This document shows, piece after piece, positions 19,569 through 29,991 of a DNA stretch of 64,000 bases. Every line of letters starts with the position of its first letter. The stretch's first letter is position 1. The DNA comes from Nitrosopumilus sp. (lineage in GTDB: Archaea > Thermoproteota > Nitrososphaeria > Nitrososphaerales > Nitrosopumilaceae), in contig CBDBLO010000002.1 in assembly GCA_965207075.1 (NCBI GenBank), forward strand, positions 1,280,001 through 1,344,000. Direction: 5' to 3'. A program made the position numbers and the translations under genes. Below the pieces are notes generated by a model. That model made no database searches. It was not told the origin of the DNA and saw only the letters and a program-made list of their open reading frames with translations.

Positions 19569-20945
19569 ATGGTATTCGGGTTTGGAAGAAAGAAAAAGAC
19601 GAGTGACGGACGCGCCCACGGTGACAGCCGAATCCTGCGCGACGAACCGTATGGCCCCGTTGATGTCGCCGGCGGCGGCAGCGACGATAACCGCGGCGAC
19701 GCTCCTGACTTGCGCATTCCGCCTGACAGGGCCTCCAAGATTGTATCTGAGTATGGCCGGCGCAGGCGGCAGCGGGCCGTATCCGAGATCAGGGACATAC
19801 GCGACTCTGTCGAGCCCATGATCGAGGAACTCGTGGAGCTGGGACGGATCCTTGAGCACGACGACCTCAACGTGGACTCTATTGACAAGCACCTTGGCAT
19901 TATAGTGGTGCGCGGAAAAAAGCAGGTCATTGACGTAATAAGGCGCAGTGTGGCCCCCCTTCCCACGGTGGACTCGATTGAGAGCGCCGCAAAGGCCGAG
20001 TCAGAACTCCGACAGCTCTTGAAAAAGATGGGAGACGTGCTCGGCAGGCAGACGCGCGTCATACACCTGTTTGCAAAAAAACATGCAAACCGGCTCAAGA
20101 GCAACCTTGAGGTGATGAACTCCCGGCATTCGGAGATGCGTGACATCCTGAACCGGTACAACGAGGCCGACTCGGAATCCGGGGAGATCGTCGCAATTGC
20201 AGACGGGCTGGCCAGGCGCCGCGACGATCTGCGCAAGAAAACGCAGAGGGTACGCGACATGTCTGCCGAGTTTGAGCTGCTCGAATCACGCGCCTCCGAA
20301 TCAAGATCAGAACTCGCCAGGATAAAGTCGTCCAAAGAACACGCCGAATACCTGAGACTGCTGTCTGACATTGAAAAATGCGACACCCAGATGTCGCAGA
20401 TACGCGCCGAGATAGGCGCCCAGTTCTCGAAGATATCCCGGCCGCTTGGCAGGTACGAGTACGGCTCCTCGCTTGACAAGGCACAGCAGAAGATACTTGC
20501 CGGACTGGTGGCCGACCCTGCCAGCACCGTGCACCTTGGGAACGTGGAGACCATATCCGTGATATTCTCAAACGTGAGGCGTGCGGTGGCAACTGGCTCC
20601 ATCTCGGCCAAGGACGTGGAAAAGACGATCGCCCTGCTCGCGGAGACGGCGGACATGGTAAGGCCCCTTGCCGGCAGGGTGGCCGAATGCGACGGGCGCC
20701 GGGGGGATCTTGCAGGCAGGGCCCGCGCCGCAAAGCCGGCCGGCCTTGATGAATGCGAGGCCAAACTGTCAAAAGCCGTCTCGCAGCACAAGGATACGGG
20801 ACGTAGGATGGACGCCCTACGGGCCCAGATCAAAGACGACAGCTCTGCCATCTTGGATATGTCTGCCGGCCTCCAGACGCGGCTACGCCAGCACACCGGA
20901 GTCAGGTATGAGGTCGACCCGCCACGCATAGAACCCCCCACATGA
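19569..20945 (+). CDS. Long coiled-coil protein
   Basis: MVFGFGRKK start, heptad-rich helical sequence. Confidence 0.75.
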   Translation: MVFGFGRKKKTSDGRAHGDSRILRDEPYGPVDVAGGGSDDNRGDAPDLRIPPDRASKIVSEYGRRRRQRAVSEIRDIRDSVEPMIEELVELGRILEHDDLNVDSIDKHLGIIVVRGKKQVIDVIRRSVAPLPTVDSIESAAKAESELRQLLKKMGDVLGRQTRVIHLFAKKHANRLKSNLEVMNSRHSEMRDILNRYNEADSESGEIVAIADGLARRRDDLRKKTQRVRDMSAEFELLESRASESRSELARIKSSKEHAEYLRLLSDIEKCDTQMSQIRAEIGAQFSKISRPLGRYEYGSSLDKAQQKILAGLVADPASTVHLGNVETISVIFSNVRRAVATGSISAKDVEKTIALLAETADMVRPLAGRVAECDGRRGDLAGRARAAKPAGLDECEAKLSKAVSQHKDTGRRMDALRAQIKDDSSAILDMSAGLQTRLRQHTGVRYEVDPPRIEPPT

Positions 20946-21253
20946 CGCTTGCCTGCTGGAAATCCGTGCGTTTGACGGTGAAAAAGCCTGACGAATCTGA
21001 CATAGCGCGCATTTGCAAATGCCAAGGTGTGGATGTGCAGGGCGCCTGATGCTTGCCCCACATCTGTTGATTCGTCTTGCTCCGAAAGCCTGCAAATGCT
21101 GAGTCTGCCGTCGATGATCCCTCGACAGTTGTCATACCTTCGGCCTTGGGGGGTATCTTGTGCGCCTTTCATACGTACCGATGTAGTGGCGATGGGACGC
21201 CGTTTTGGCCTGGCATTGCCGCGCACGGTGTGTCTGGTGCTGCTCCAAATTAC

Positions 21254-21313
21254 CTGCACGCATCCTTGCTGCACGCATCCTTGCTGCACGCATCCTTGCT
21301 GCACGCATCCTTG
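21254..21313. repeat. Tandem repeat, 4 x 15 bp CTGCACGCATCCTTG
   Basis: Four exact consecutive copies read directly. Confidence 0.95.
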
Positions 21314-21352
21314 CAGCGCCATACTCTTAAACTCGCACTGTCTACTGCCTGC

Positions 21353-21754
21353 ATGTTCTTCAAAAGGACAAAATACGAGCGACGCGTGGTGTTGCACCGC
21401 GAAGTACTCGACAGCATACTGTCGTACTGCCAGATGAAGCACCCAAACGAGGGCGTCCTGATACTAAAGGGCAAGTCAAAAAACGGCGTCATCACAGTGG
21501 ACGGACTTGTGATTCCTCCGTTCAGCCACTCGGGGCCCACGTTTGCGGGGTTTCCACACTCCTTTCTGCCGTTTGACATGAGCTATATAGGCATGGTCCA
21601 CTCGCATCCGAGTGGGCCTGCCACGCCGTCCGTGACAGACCTGCACAACTTTTTTGGGCTTGTCTCCGTGATTGTGGGCTTCCCGTACGAGGACAAGTCG
21701 GTGTTTGCATGGGACAGCGGCGGAAAGCAAATTCCACTCGAGATAGGGCCGTAA
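21353..21754 (+). CDS. JAMM/MPN+ (Mov34) metalloprotease
   Basis: HPNE...HSHPSG...S..DL JAMM motif. Confidence 0.9.
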   Translation: MFFKRTKYERRVVLHREVLDSILSYCQMKHPNEGVLILKGKSKNGVITVDGLVIPPFSHSGPTFAGFPHSFLPFDMSYIGMVHSHPSGPATPSVTDLHNFFGLVSVIVGFPYEDKSVFAWDSGGKQIPLEIGP

Positions 21755-21966
21755 CTGCGTGCTTTGGCCCTCGCCCCCTGCCGTCTCCCTGAATTCCCCG
21801 CCGCTCTTCTGCAGCGCCTGCACGACGGGGGCATGCATGCGTCGTATGCTATCCTGATCTTGGTTCTGCCGCGGCCCCTGCGACGGATTGCACGCGTGGC
21901 TTCGCAGGATCCGATTCCTGAGCCAATCCGCAACGCTAAAAAGTAAACCCATGGCACGACACTTGC

Positions 21967-22263
21967 TTGGACTTTATGCTTGAGGAGGAGCTTGTGGATC
22001 TGTTTACGCAGTGCCTGCAAGCGCCGGATTCAGCAGACGCCGCCGCGCAAAAGTCGCGCATAACTGAGATTGGACGCGAGATCCATTCTGACGGGGGGCT
22101 TGACGCTATGGTGAACTTTTTCTTTGCGGTGCGAAACAGGGTGCTGGGCGAGACCAGACTCGATCCTGCGACGCTCAGCTCACTCTGGGACCAAGTCGAT
22201 CCGAAGTGGGCCGAGGAGTCAAAGAACATCCCCGACGAGTCGGATGCGCCTACCGCCGAATGA
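21967..22263 (+). CDS. Hypothetical protein
   Basis: 98-aa helical ORF. Confidence 0.6.
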   Translation: MDFMLEEELVDLFTQCLQAPDSADAAAQKSRITEIGREIHSDGGLDAMVNFFFAVRNRVLGETRLDPATLSSLWDQVDPKWAEESKNIPDESDAPTAE

Positions 22264-22492
22264 CGTGCCGCACAACTGCCAAGGCCTATACGCGACGTTC
22301 GTGCATATTCTGCAGCAGGTTCCTCTGCGCACCGTTGGGAAGCCGTGACTCGGCCGCCGCGCGCCGCGTTTGTGGTGTCACTCTTGCAGCCTGAGGACTT
22401 CGCTAAATGGGTACATTTCGGGCATACGTATGGGGCTGGGTGCCACCGGGGTTTGACAAAACTTTATAACCTTTTTTGGACGTGTCACATCT

Positions 22493-22831
22493 GTGTTCAA
22501 CTATAAGACGTACCTGATATTCCTGTTCGTGTCACTGGGTGTCAGCATAGGGCTGCAGATGGTGCTTCCGTTTCCGTGGGGGCTTGTGGCGGCCATCGGC
22601 CTGTTCATCGCGTTTCCGCTGATGCTTCGGAGGCAGTACCTCAACCGCATGCGCGGGGGCTACGGCGGGGGCGGCCCGTCCGGTACGGGAAGTCGCGCCG
22701 GCGGATTCTTCGGGCTGGGCTCGCAGGGAGGTTCTGGCGGCGTGAGGTACGTCTGCCTCGTGTGCAACAACAGGCACAAGGGAGGATCCTGCCCCAGGTG
22801 CGGCTCCAAGATGCAGCGAGCCGATTTCTGA
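22493..22831 (+). CDS. Membrane protein with Gly-rich linker and C-terminal Zn ribbon
   Basis: Two TM, CLVC..CPRC; TTTATAA at 22463-22469. Confidence 0.75.
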   Translation: MFNYKTYLIFLFVSLGVSIGLQMVLPFPWGLVAAIGLFIAFPLMLRRQYLNRMRGGYGGGGPSGTGSRAGGFFGLGSQGGSGGVRYVCLVCNNRHKGGSCPRCGSKMQRADF

Positions 22832-23148
22832 TGTCCCTTGACGACCTGCGCCAAAAGGTGGCGTTTCATAATTCAGTCGACGTCTGGATAGCTGCATGCG
22901 GCGAGCGCGGGGAGAAGTGGGACGACCCCGAGGGGTACAAAAAATTCATCGCATACCTGCTGGAGAAGGGACTCAACCTCAAGGCGTTCAACCTGTGCGC
23001 CCATGAGGCGGGGGCAGTCGATGAGAAGAAGACACAGTTTGTCGAGACCCTTGCCCAGTCAAAGGACTCGGATCCCAACTCCGGGAACTATACGATACGG
23101 CTCAGCAGCTCTGCAATCTCTGCTATACGCGCGTATCGCGACCGCTGA
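22831..23148 (+). CDS. Conserved hypothetical protein
   Basis: TGATG overlap with the upstream stop (translational coupling). Confidence 0.7.
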   Translation: MSLDDLRQKVAFHNSVDVWIAACGERGEKWDDPEGYKKFIAYLLEKGLNLKAFNLCAHEAGAVDEKKTQFVETLAQSKDSDPNSGNYTIRLSSSAISAIRAYRDR

Positions 23149-23155
23149 TCCGGTG

Positions 23156-24754
23156 CTAATGCCGCCTGAGCCGCGGATTTACTATGCTGTCTAGGGCGTT
23201 TCCTATAAACACAAAGGCGAGCCCTGTTATCGCTATCATGACGCCGGGCGGCACCATCCACCACCACAGCCCCCTCGCCGCAGCGCCAAACGTGTTTGCG
23301 TCGTGCAGTATCTGCCCCCATGTGGGGAAGCTCGGGTCGCCCAGCCCCAGGAAGCTCAGGCCCGCCTCCGTCGTGATGGCGGCCGGGACCGATATCGCTA
23401 TGCTTGCAAACGCGTACGGCAGCAGCTGCGGGACTATGTGCCTTGTTATTATTTTGGAGCGGCTCTGGCCCATCGTCTCGGCCGCGTCCACGTATCCCCT
23501 GGTCTTTATCTGGAGTGACATGCTGCGCGCCACCTTTGCGACCCCCACCCATCCGAACATGGCGAGGAATCCAACCATGAGCAGTATGCTGTTGCTGATC
23601 GTAACCGAGAGTATGATTAGAAACGGCAGCGCCGGCAACGCGTATATCACGTCGTTGAACCTCATCATGGCCTCGTCGGTCCTCTTGCCGCGGTATCCCG
23701 CGTAGACCCCGTACAGGAGCCCCGCGACCACCGACGCCACGGCCACCGTGATTCCGATGAATAGGGCAAGCGGCGTTCCCCACAGCAGCCCTACTGCAAG
23801 GTCGCGCCTCAGCTCGTCGGTGCCCATTATTCCAAATGCCTTGCCGCCTACCACGAGCCGCGACTCGAGCATGTCGAACCCCTCCAAACTAGACACGGTT
23901 ACGCGGAACGTGTACACGCCCCGCAGCACGGAGCCGTCCGCGGCGTCAGAGAACAGCACGTCTTCGGCCGACGCGCCCGACGTGTCGTGCCCGTATATGG
24001 AGGGCGCCTGCATCGCAATGTTCTTCCGCATTGTGCTGTCAGTCGAGAATATGCGCTCCGAATGCGTCGCGGAGCCGCCGCCGTAGTCTGCCCGCCCCTC
24101 CGCACCCCCACGATCCGCCGCAAGGCGCGGCAGGGCTTTTGAGAGCAGCAGGATCGTGCTCCCGTCGGGCCTGTCCACCGACACCTCCAGGAGCGGGGAT
24201 CCCCCATACCCCGCCGAAAAGCTGTAGATGAAGTCGCTTGGAAAGTCGTCGTACCCGTAGTCCACCGTGAACTCGTGCTCAGTGACAGTTATCGTACCTG
24301 CGGCGCCGTCCACGGCCACGGCGCGCTCTGACACTGCGGGGTCATCAAGCATCATATGCTCGGGTATCTTTTGCGGCAGGATGGCGTTGGTCCACGCGGG
24401 GACGGCGGCCTTTGGGTATGATATCCAGCTCTTCGGGTTGTTCCATTCCTGGAGGGTCTCGACTGGGATGGCAACTATGGTGGCCGCCGATGTGATTATC
24501 AGGGCCGCGAGTATTGCGACGCCTGCCACCCCCATGCGGCTTGACAGGATCTCGCGCCACGTGTCGCGCAATCCTCCCGCGTCTGTTGCCGCATGCGGTG
24601 CCTCCGGCGGCTGCCGCGTCGGGTGCGACGGTGACGTGGGAGACGGCCGCGGCCCCGCGGCCGGCGCAGGTGCCGCGTACTCTGCTTTTCCTTCTTTTTC
24701 GTGCGGCCCCTCCTTTCCCGGAGGCCCCGCCGCCCTGTCGCCACTCGCGTTCAA
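23156..24754 (-). CDS. Oligopeptide/dipeptide ABC transporter permease (OppC/DppC type)
   Basis: GTDELRRD, EAA-like YVDAAETMG, EAGLSFLGLG. Confidence 0.9.
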   Translation of the reverse strand: MNASGDRAAGPPGKEGPHEKEGKAEYAAPAPAAGPRPSPTSPSHPTRQPPEAPHAATDAGGLRDTWREILSSRMGVAGVAILAALIITSAATIVAIPVETLQEWNNPKSWISYPKAAVPAWTNAILPQKIPEHMMLDDPAVSERAVAVDGAAGTITVTEHEFTVDYGYDDFPSDFIYSFSAGYGGSPLLEVSVDRPDGSTILLLSKALPRLAADRGGAEGRADYGGGSATHSERIFSTDSTMRKNIAMQAPSIYGHDTSGASAEDVLFSDAADGSVLRGVYTFRVTVSSLEGFDMLESRLVVGGKAFGIMGTDELRRDLAVGLLWGTPLALFIGITVAVASVVAGLLYGVYAGYRGKRTDEAMMRFNDVIYALPALPFLIILSVTISNSILLMVGFLAMFGWVGVAKVARSMSLQIKTRGYVDAAETMGQSRSKIITRHIVPQLLPYAFASIAISVPAAITTEAGLSFLGLGDPSFPTWGQILHDANTFGAAARGLWWWMVPPGVMIAITGLAFVFIGNALDSIVNPRLRRH

Positions 24755-25806
24755 CTCGACGTCCTCACCCTGGGGTCGAAGTAGCCGTACAGTATGTCTG
24801 CGGTGAATATGCTGGCAAGAAAGAACACCGTGAGCATGTACGTGGCCCCTATGATTACCGGCAAGTCCATTACCGTTATGGCCTCAAAGTAGAGCCGCCC
24901 CATGCCGGGCCAGTCAAACACCGCCTCCGTTATGATGGCGCCGCCAAGCGAGCCGGACAGGCTGAGGGCCAGTATGGTGACTATGGGCGGGGCGGCGTTC
25001 TTCAGGGCGTGCGTGTATATGATCTTCCTACGCCTTACGCCGATGGCCTTCTTTGCCGATATGAAGTCCTCCTGCATTATCCCCGCCATAAAGTTCCTGA
25101 CAAGGTACGCCCATGCCCCGAACCCTATCAGCACTATGGTGATGAGGGGAAGCGCCATGTGGTACAGCAGGGCCGCGGCGTATCCCGGTTCGTCTGGCAG
25201 GATCTCCGGCGTCGCCCTTGCCGGAAACACCTGGTATGTGAACGCGAACAGGAATATCATGATCATCCCCACCCACCATACCGGAAAGCTCGAGCTGATG
25301 ACGGCAAAGCTGGACGTCAGCTTGTCTATTGCGGAGCCCGTCCTGCTCCCCGCCAGTGCCCCTAGGAATATGCCCACGATGGAGATTACAACAGTGGCCG
25401 TCGTGAACAGTAGTATGGTCCTTGGGAGCTTCTCAAGTATTATCTCCCTGACGTCCGAGGAGCCCGCGTCGCTCGTGATGAAGGTGGCCTGTCCAAAGTC
25501 GAGCAGCATTATCTTGTACATTGTGATCCCTATGCGCTGCGGCGAGTACCACGGCTCGTCAAGCCCCAGCAGGGCCGTCCTGGCCTCTATCTGCTCCTGC
25601 ACGAACGCCTCAAACTCATCCACTGACGTGAACCTCTCTGCAGTGGCCGGGCTCTCTGTAATCTCGCTCCGTACCTGAAACGCAATCCCCTGCTTTAGTA
25701 TGCTGTCCATGTTGGAGCCTACAAGCGCGATTGTGATGAGTAGCGTTATCATCAACACGCCGAACATGGTGGCAACCCTGGTGGCGGCGTATCTCTTGAG
25801 GCCCAT
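24751..25806 (-). CDS. Oligopeptide/dipeptide ABC transporter permease (OppB/DppB type)
   Basis: LPRTILL, EDFISAKKAIG, HALKNA, EAVFDWPGMG, DPRVR; start reassigned to MGLKRY. Confidence 0.9.
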   Translation of the reverse strand: MGLKRYAATRVATMFGVLMITLLITIALVGSNMDSILKQGIAFQVRSEITESPATAERFTSVDEFEAFVQEQIEARTALLGLDEPWYSPQRIGITMYKIMLLDFGQATFITSDAGSSDVREIILEKLPRTILLFTTATVVISIVGIFLGALAGSRTGSAIDKLTSSFAVISSSFPVWWVGMIMIFLFAFTYQVFPARATPEILPDEPGYAAALLYHMALPLITIVLIGFGAWAYLVRNFMAGIMQEDFISAKKAIGVRRRKIIYTHALKNAAPPIVTILALSLSGSLGGAIITEAVFDWPGMGRLYFEAITVMDLPVIIGATYMLTVFFLASIFTADILYGYFDPRVRTSS

Positions 25807-26411
25807 GCACGCGGTGCGGCGCCTGCATATAATAACAGTCTCGATGTAGCGGCGTCTATGCCGGCGCCTGCATGCTTGCCGTACTGCCCGCATTGTGCGC
25901 GCAAAGCCTCGTGTCTTGCTACGTCGGCCGACTGTACTGATCCCGAGCGCCGGCCTTTTCAAAGGCATACATTCCGACCTTTTGCACATGACACTTGATT
26001 GGCGGGGCAGAGCTCCGAGGGCTGGGCCGGTGGTTTGCAACGTGTTTGTCCTGGGCGCGGTGCGTCCGCGCGCGGCTTGAACCGACGAGGAATCGTTCAA
26101 GGATATGTCCCGCGAGATCACGTTCCGGACATTTGGGATTCTGTACGAGAGCACAATGGCGCAAGGCCCCTACCTGTAATGGGCCGACGCTATGCAACAA
26201 GTTAGGGGTGGCCGCCTCCGCGTCTTTGGCATGAATGCGGCAAACAGCTTGCCTGCATGCAGTATCCGGCGCGTCTGCTCGGCGGATTGCACCTTTTTTT
26301 CTCCCTTCGGCCTGGCGTGTGGGTGACGTTCGCGCCCTCGCTGACGGCCCCCCATCCACCGCTGTAGCTACCCTAGAAAAGCTAAAATTCAAAGCGTACG
26401 TAGAGCAAGCA

Positions 26412-26540
26412 ATGATCTGCGCCGCATGTGAGGCCCGCAAACACTACGAATGCATAGACTGCAAGAACAACCACTCCACATACCTGTGCTCATGCGACTG
26501 CCATGATGAGAACACAAAACCGCACGATACGGTGGAGTGA
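26412..26540 (+). CDS. Small Cys/His-rich (metallothionein-like) protein, 42 aa
   Basis: MICAACEARKHYECIDCKNNHSTYLCSCDCHDENTKPHDTVE; AT-rich AAAATTCAAA upstream. Confidence 0.6.
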   Translation: MICAACEARKHYECIDCKNNHSTYLCSCDCHDENTKPHDTVE

Positions 26541-26962
26541 CGCGAACACCCCTCCCCCACACGCGTCCTGATCTAACATCTGCTATCCGTACGGGGTACC
26601 GCAGAAAGGAGACCCGTGCAGGCACCGCATGTATTGCATGAACCCCGTTGACGCACGCATTTGTCCGCTGGCCCCGTACCGTTGCATGGTCGCGTATTCC
26701 TTGGAAACCCGCGCCTGTAGGTCTGCATTTTAAGATTTCAGGCAGGGACCACGTTGCCGCCAGAACGCCTTGTAAAATGCGAGGGTGGTGCAAGGCCGGT
26801 GCCAGGTATCCCGAGGCCGCGTCATGCGCGGCGGTTATATCGCGTACTGCCGTGGCTCTGCAATGCGGACATGCCGTGCCGGCTTGCCTGGGACTCCGCC
26901 CGGGCACGGCACAGGTACGGGCGCGTAACCACGCACGGGGCCCTGCCCGCGCCAGCGCAACG

Positions 26963-29752
26963 CTAGTTTAGAAACTCCGTCGTGTATGACTCGCTTACGT
27001 CAAGCTCAGAGTCGATGATTTTGGAGTCCAGCAGGAGCTCGTACGACTCCGTCCATTTGTCGTGGCTCATCTGTCCGACCTCCATGCCCCCTGGCTTGAT
27101 CAGCGGGATGGAGGCCTGCAGCATCCTTTGCTGGTAGGACTCGGACATGCCGACATCGTCTTCCACATAGAGCAGCGTGTGGCGGACTGACTCGTCGACG
27201 TTTTCCAGTGCGTACTCCCATCCGGCCAGCGTCGCATCGACGAATCCCTGCACCAGATCCGGATTGTTTTGAATCAGATCGTTGCTCGTGAACAGGACGT
27301 CGCCGTAAAAGTTTACCCCGTAATCGGCCGGGCGTATTATGGTAGTCTCGTGTCCGCGATCCTCTGCGATGAGCGGCTGGTCGATCAGGTATGCGGCCAT
27401 GACGTCCAAATCGCCGTCTAGCAGCGGTGATATGTCAAACTCCAAGGGAACAACGGTTATGTCGTTGTCATAGTCTACGTCCTGGCTGGCCAGCATGCTC
27501 CTTATGATGAATTCCGACTCGCTTCCGGGCGCCCCGAACTTCATTCCCACAAAGTCCTTTGGCTCCGTGATCCCGGACTCTTCCAGCGCCATCGCCACAA
27601 GCGGGCTCTGCTGGTATATGACTGCCAAGGCGCGCACGTCCGATCCGTTGGACTGCGCTACCAAGAGCTCGTCGGCGCCCGTAACGCCAAAGTCTGCCGC
27701 GCCGGAAACCACGTCCTCTATGGACGTGCTCTCGAACCCAAACGGCTCTATGGCGACTGTCATGCCGTTGTCCAGATAATACCCGTTCTGGTCGGCCGTG
27801 TAGATGCCGGCAAACTGAGCCGAGTCGGTCCACTTGAGCTTTACTACCACCGTCTCGTCGGCCGAGGCCATGCTGTCGTCAGTAAAATACCCGGCGCCGA
27901 ATATGTAGCCGTCATACATCTTTAGCAGCGCGGATTTTTCCGCGTCCGCGCCGGTCTCCGGGTTGGCTAGCATGTACTTTACCCACGTCGTGGCGCCGTC
28001 ACCGCCTGACAGGTCGGCCATGATCTGATCCCTATCCTTGTCCGGGGCGACCAGGTCAAAGACGTTGGAGCCGACCAGGCTCGGGTCTGCCCCGTGGGCC
28101 ACAAGATCAAAGCTGTCCGAGTCTATGACAAACGTATATGATTCAAAGGCAGACTCCATTGCAGTTATGGCCGCAAACGCGTCATCTGCGCCCTGCAGTT
28201 TGTACAGCTCGACTGAAGTGTCTATCGACCACTTTACGGCCGTGACATCCCCGTGCACGCCCGTAAGGTAGAACCCGGCTCCAAAGATGTACCCGTCGTG
28301 AAGGACGATCCAGGCCTTTTTGGCCTGCTGCATGCCGGTTTCGGGGTTTAGGAACACGTACGACATGTACGCCCCGTGTCCGGATTCCAGTATGTCCATC
28401 ACGGGCCCGTATGCCGCGTTAAACTCGTGCGCTTCCCAGTACAGGACGCCGGTCCTGTCCAGAATCGAGCCGTCTGCTATCTCGAGTCCGATTTCGTCAT
28501 CACTGACAAACGGGTACCATTCCTCCGTCACGTTCAGGGCGGTGATCTTTGGGAATGCGTCCTCGCCGTACTGCGCGTACAGGAAGAGGGCGTTGTCAGT
28601 CGACATCATGGCGTGCACCTTGGGGGCCTGGTACTCGTCTGGGTAGAAGCCGGCTCCAAGGATATAGTCATCCCGGGCTACAACCCAGGAAAGCTTCGTC
28701 TCCTCGGCGCCTGTCTCAAAGTTGTTAAAGGTATAAGCTACCCATGTCCCGCCATTCATCTCAGACTCCAGCAGTATGCGCTCAAGATCCTTGTTGGCGT
28801 CAGTCAGCACCACGGACTTGTCCCCGACGCGGCTCGGGTCTGCCCCGTGCGCAACCACGTTCATCGTAGTGAGGCTGGACGCAAACGGATAGATGTCGCC
28901 GGGCACATAGTCGGCGGCGGCATCGTTTATCATGCCGAACGCGTCAGTGCCGGACTCGTCGTACGCCTCGGCGGCATTGCTGGCAACCCACATGGTCTTC
29001 ATCATCTGCACCTCTAGGCCATCGGGATAAAACCCGCTGCCAAAGATCAGTCCGTCGTGCAGCTCAAGGTATGCCTTTTTGGTCGCATTGTGCGAGGACT
29101 CGGGGTCTATGAACGTGTACATCAGCCAGAGGCTGCCCTCAGATTCCAGCTCGGACCTCAGCTCGTCAAACGTCATTCCGCTGGTTAGGAACGGCTCGGC
29201 GACCATCCCGACCCTTTCGGGTATGAACCCGTGGGCCGCAATGATCATGGTCTCAGAGTCGACCACAAACGGATACGGGTCGCTGACGTCATATGCCGAC
29301 GAACCCGCAGTCATTGCATCCAGGGACGCGTCACCGTCGGACTCGTACGCCGCAATGGCGTCGCGCGTGATCTTGACTACGTCCTCTTTTATTACGGCAA
29401 ACCGGTCTGAGAATACGGTCGTCGAGACCAGCAGGTCGGAGGTTAGCGGGTCGGATTCAGCGGGCGCCTCATCTGCCGGATCGCGCTCCACCACGGCTGC
29501 GATGCCGCGCTCGACGATCATGTCCGCGGATCCCGGTAGTGCGCAAATCGGCGCGCCGTTTGTCCTGAGCAGCAGCACGCGCTCACCCTGGCATGTCACG
29601 TCTTCTGGGTCCACACCCATCTCAACCTGCTTTGCAGGAGGGAGGTAATCGGCGGCGGCGTGTGCCACGGACGAGCTTGAAAATGCCACGCTTAAGATGC
29701 CAACGGCCAGCATGGTTGCAAGAAGCGATATAGTCGTTATTTTCAACGACAC
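26963..29752 (-). CDS. Secreted protein: N-terminal PxKQ...TC domain, 4 Cache-like domains, NMT1/THI5-type substrate-binding domain
   Basis: Signal/anchor helix; four repeats ending in I(F/L)G(S/A)G(F/Y)(Y/F); KLKWTDSAQFAG...GYY SBP motif. Confidence 0.85.
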   Translation of the reverse strand: MSLKITTISLLATMLAVGILSVAFSSSSVAHAAADYLPPAKQVEMGVDPEDVTCQGERVLLLRTNGAPICALPGSADMIVERGIAAVVERDPADEAPAESDPLTSDLLVSTTVFSDRFAVIKEDVVKITRDAIAAYESDGDASLDAMTAGSSAYDVSDPYPFVVDSETMIIAAHGFIPERVGMVAEPFLTSGMTFDELRSELESEGSLWLMYTFIDPESSHNATKKAYLELHDGLIFGSGFYPDGLEVQMMKTMWVASNAAEAYDESGTDAFGMINDAAADYVPGDIYPFASSLTTMNVVAHGADPSRVGDKSVVLTDANKDLERILLESEMNGGTWVAYTFNNFETGAEETKLSWVVARDDYILGAGFYPDEYQAPKVHAMMSTDNALFLYAQYGEDAFPKITALNVTEEWYPFVSDDEIGLEIADGSILDRTGVLYWEAHEFNAAYGPVMDILESGHGAYMSYVFLNPETGMQQAKKAWIVLHDGYIFGAGFYLTGVHGDVTAVKWSIDTSVELYKLQGADDAFAAITAMESAFESYTFVIDSDSFDLVAHGADPSLVGSNVFDLVAPDKDRDQIMADLSGGDGATTWVKYMLANPETGADAEKSALLKMYDGYIFGAGYFTDDSMASADETVVVKLKWTDSAQFAGIYTADQNGYYLDNGMTVAIEPFGFESTSIEDVVSGAADFGVTGADELLVAQSNGSDVRALAVIYQQSPLVAMALEESGITEPKDFVGMKFGAPGSESEFIIRSMLASQDVDYDNDITVVPLEFDISPLLDGDLDVMAAYLIDQPLIAEDRGHETTIIRPADYGVNFYGDVLFTSNDLIQNNPDLVQGFVDATLAGWEYALENVDESVRHTLLYVEDDVGMSESYQQRMLQASIPLIKPGGMEVGQMSHDKWTESYELLLDSKIIDSELDVSESYTTEFLN

Positions 29753-29991
29753 GGTCTTATATGCTATGTATATTAATATTCAGAATTCTGGCTGTTGCTA
29801 ATTCGGGGGCCGACATAATAGTACAAATAACAAACACCATAATAACAGCGCCCGGGCGCATTGATCCGCGTGTGTACAATAATGCAGCTCTGCCGTTTGG
29901 CAGATTCCGAATTCGCGACAGAATGTATGATGGCGCCTGCGCAGTGCGCGCCGCGATGGGGCGACCCCTGGGGTGCTGTGGGCCGAGCGCC

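Noticed and set aside
21254-21313. CRISPR array
   Set aside because: Repeats are contiguous with no spacers, and no cas genes are present.
19001-21442. 813-aa minus-strand ORF as a single gene
   Set aside because: Mostly the antisense shadow of the 19569-20945 gene and the VNTR. Only the C-terminal ~160 aa (SRPBCC) look real.
25807-26400. Gene or ncRNA in the ~600-bp gap upstream of the OppB-type permease
   Set aside because: No recognisable motif, tRNA structure or repeat boundary. It may be a decayed gene but cannot be supported.
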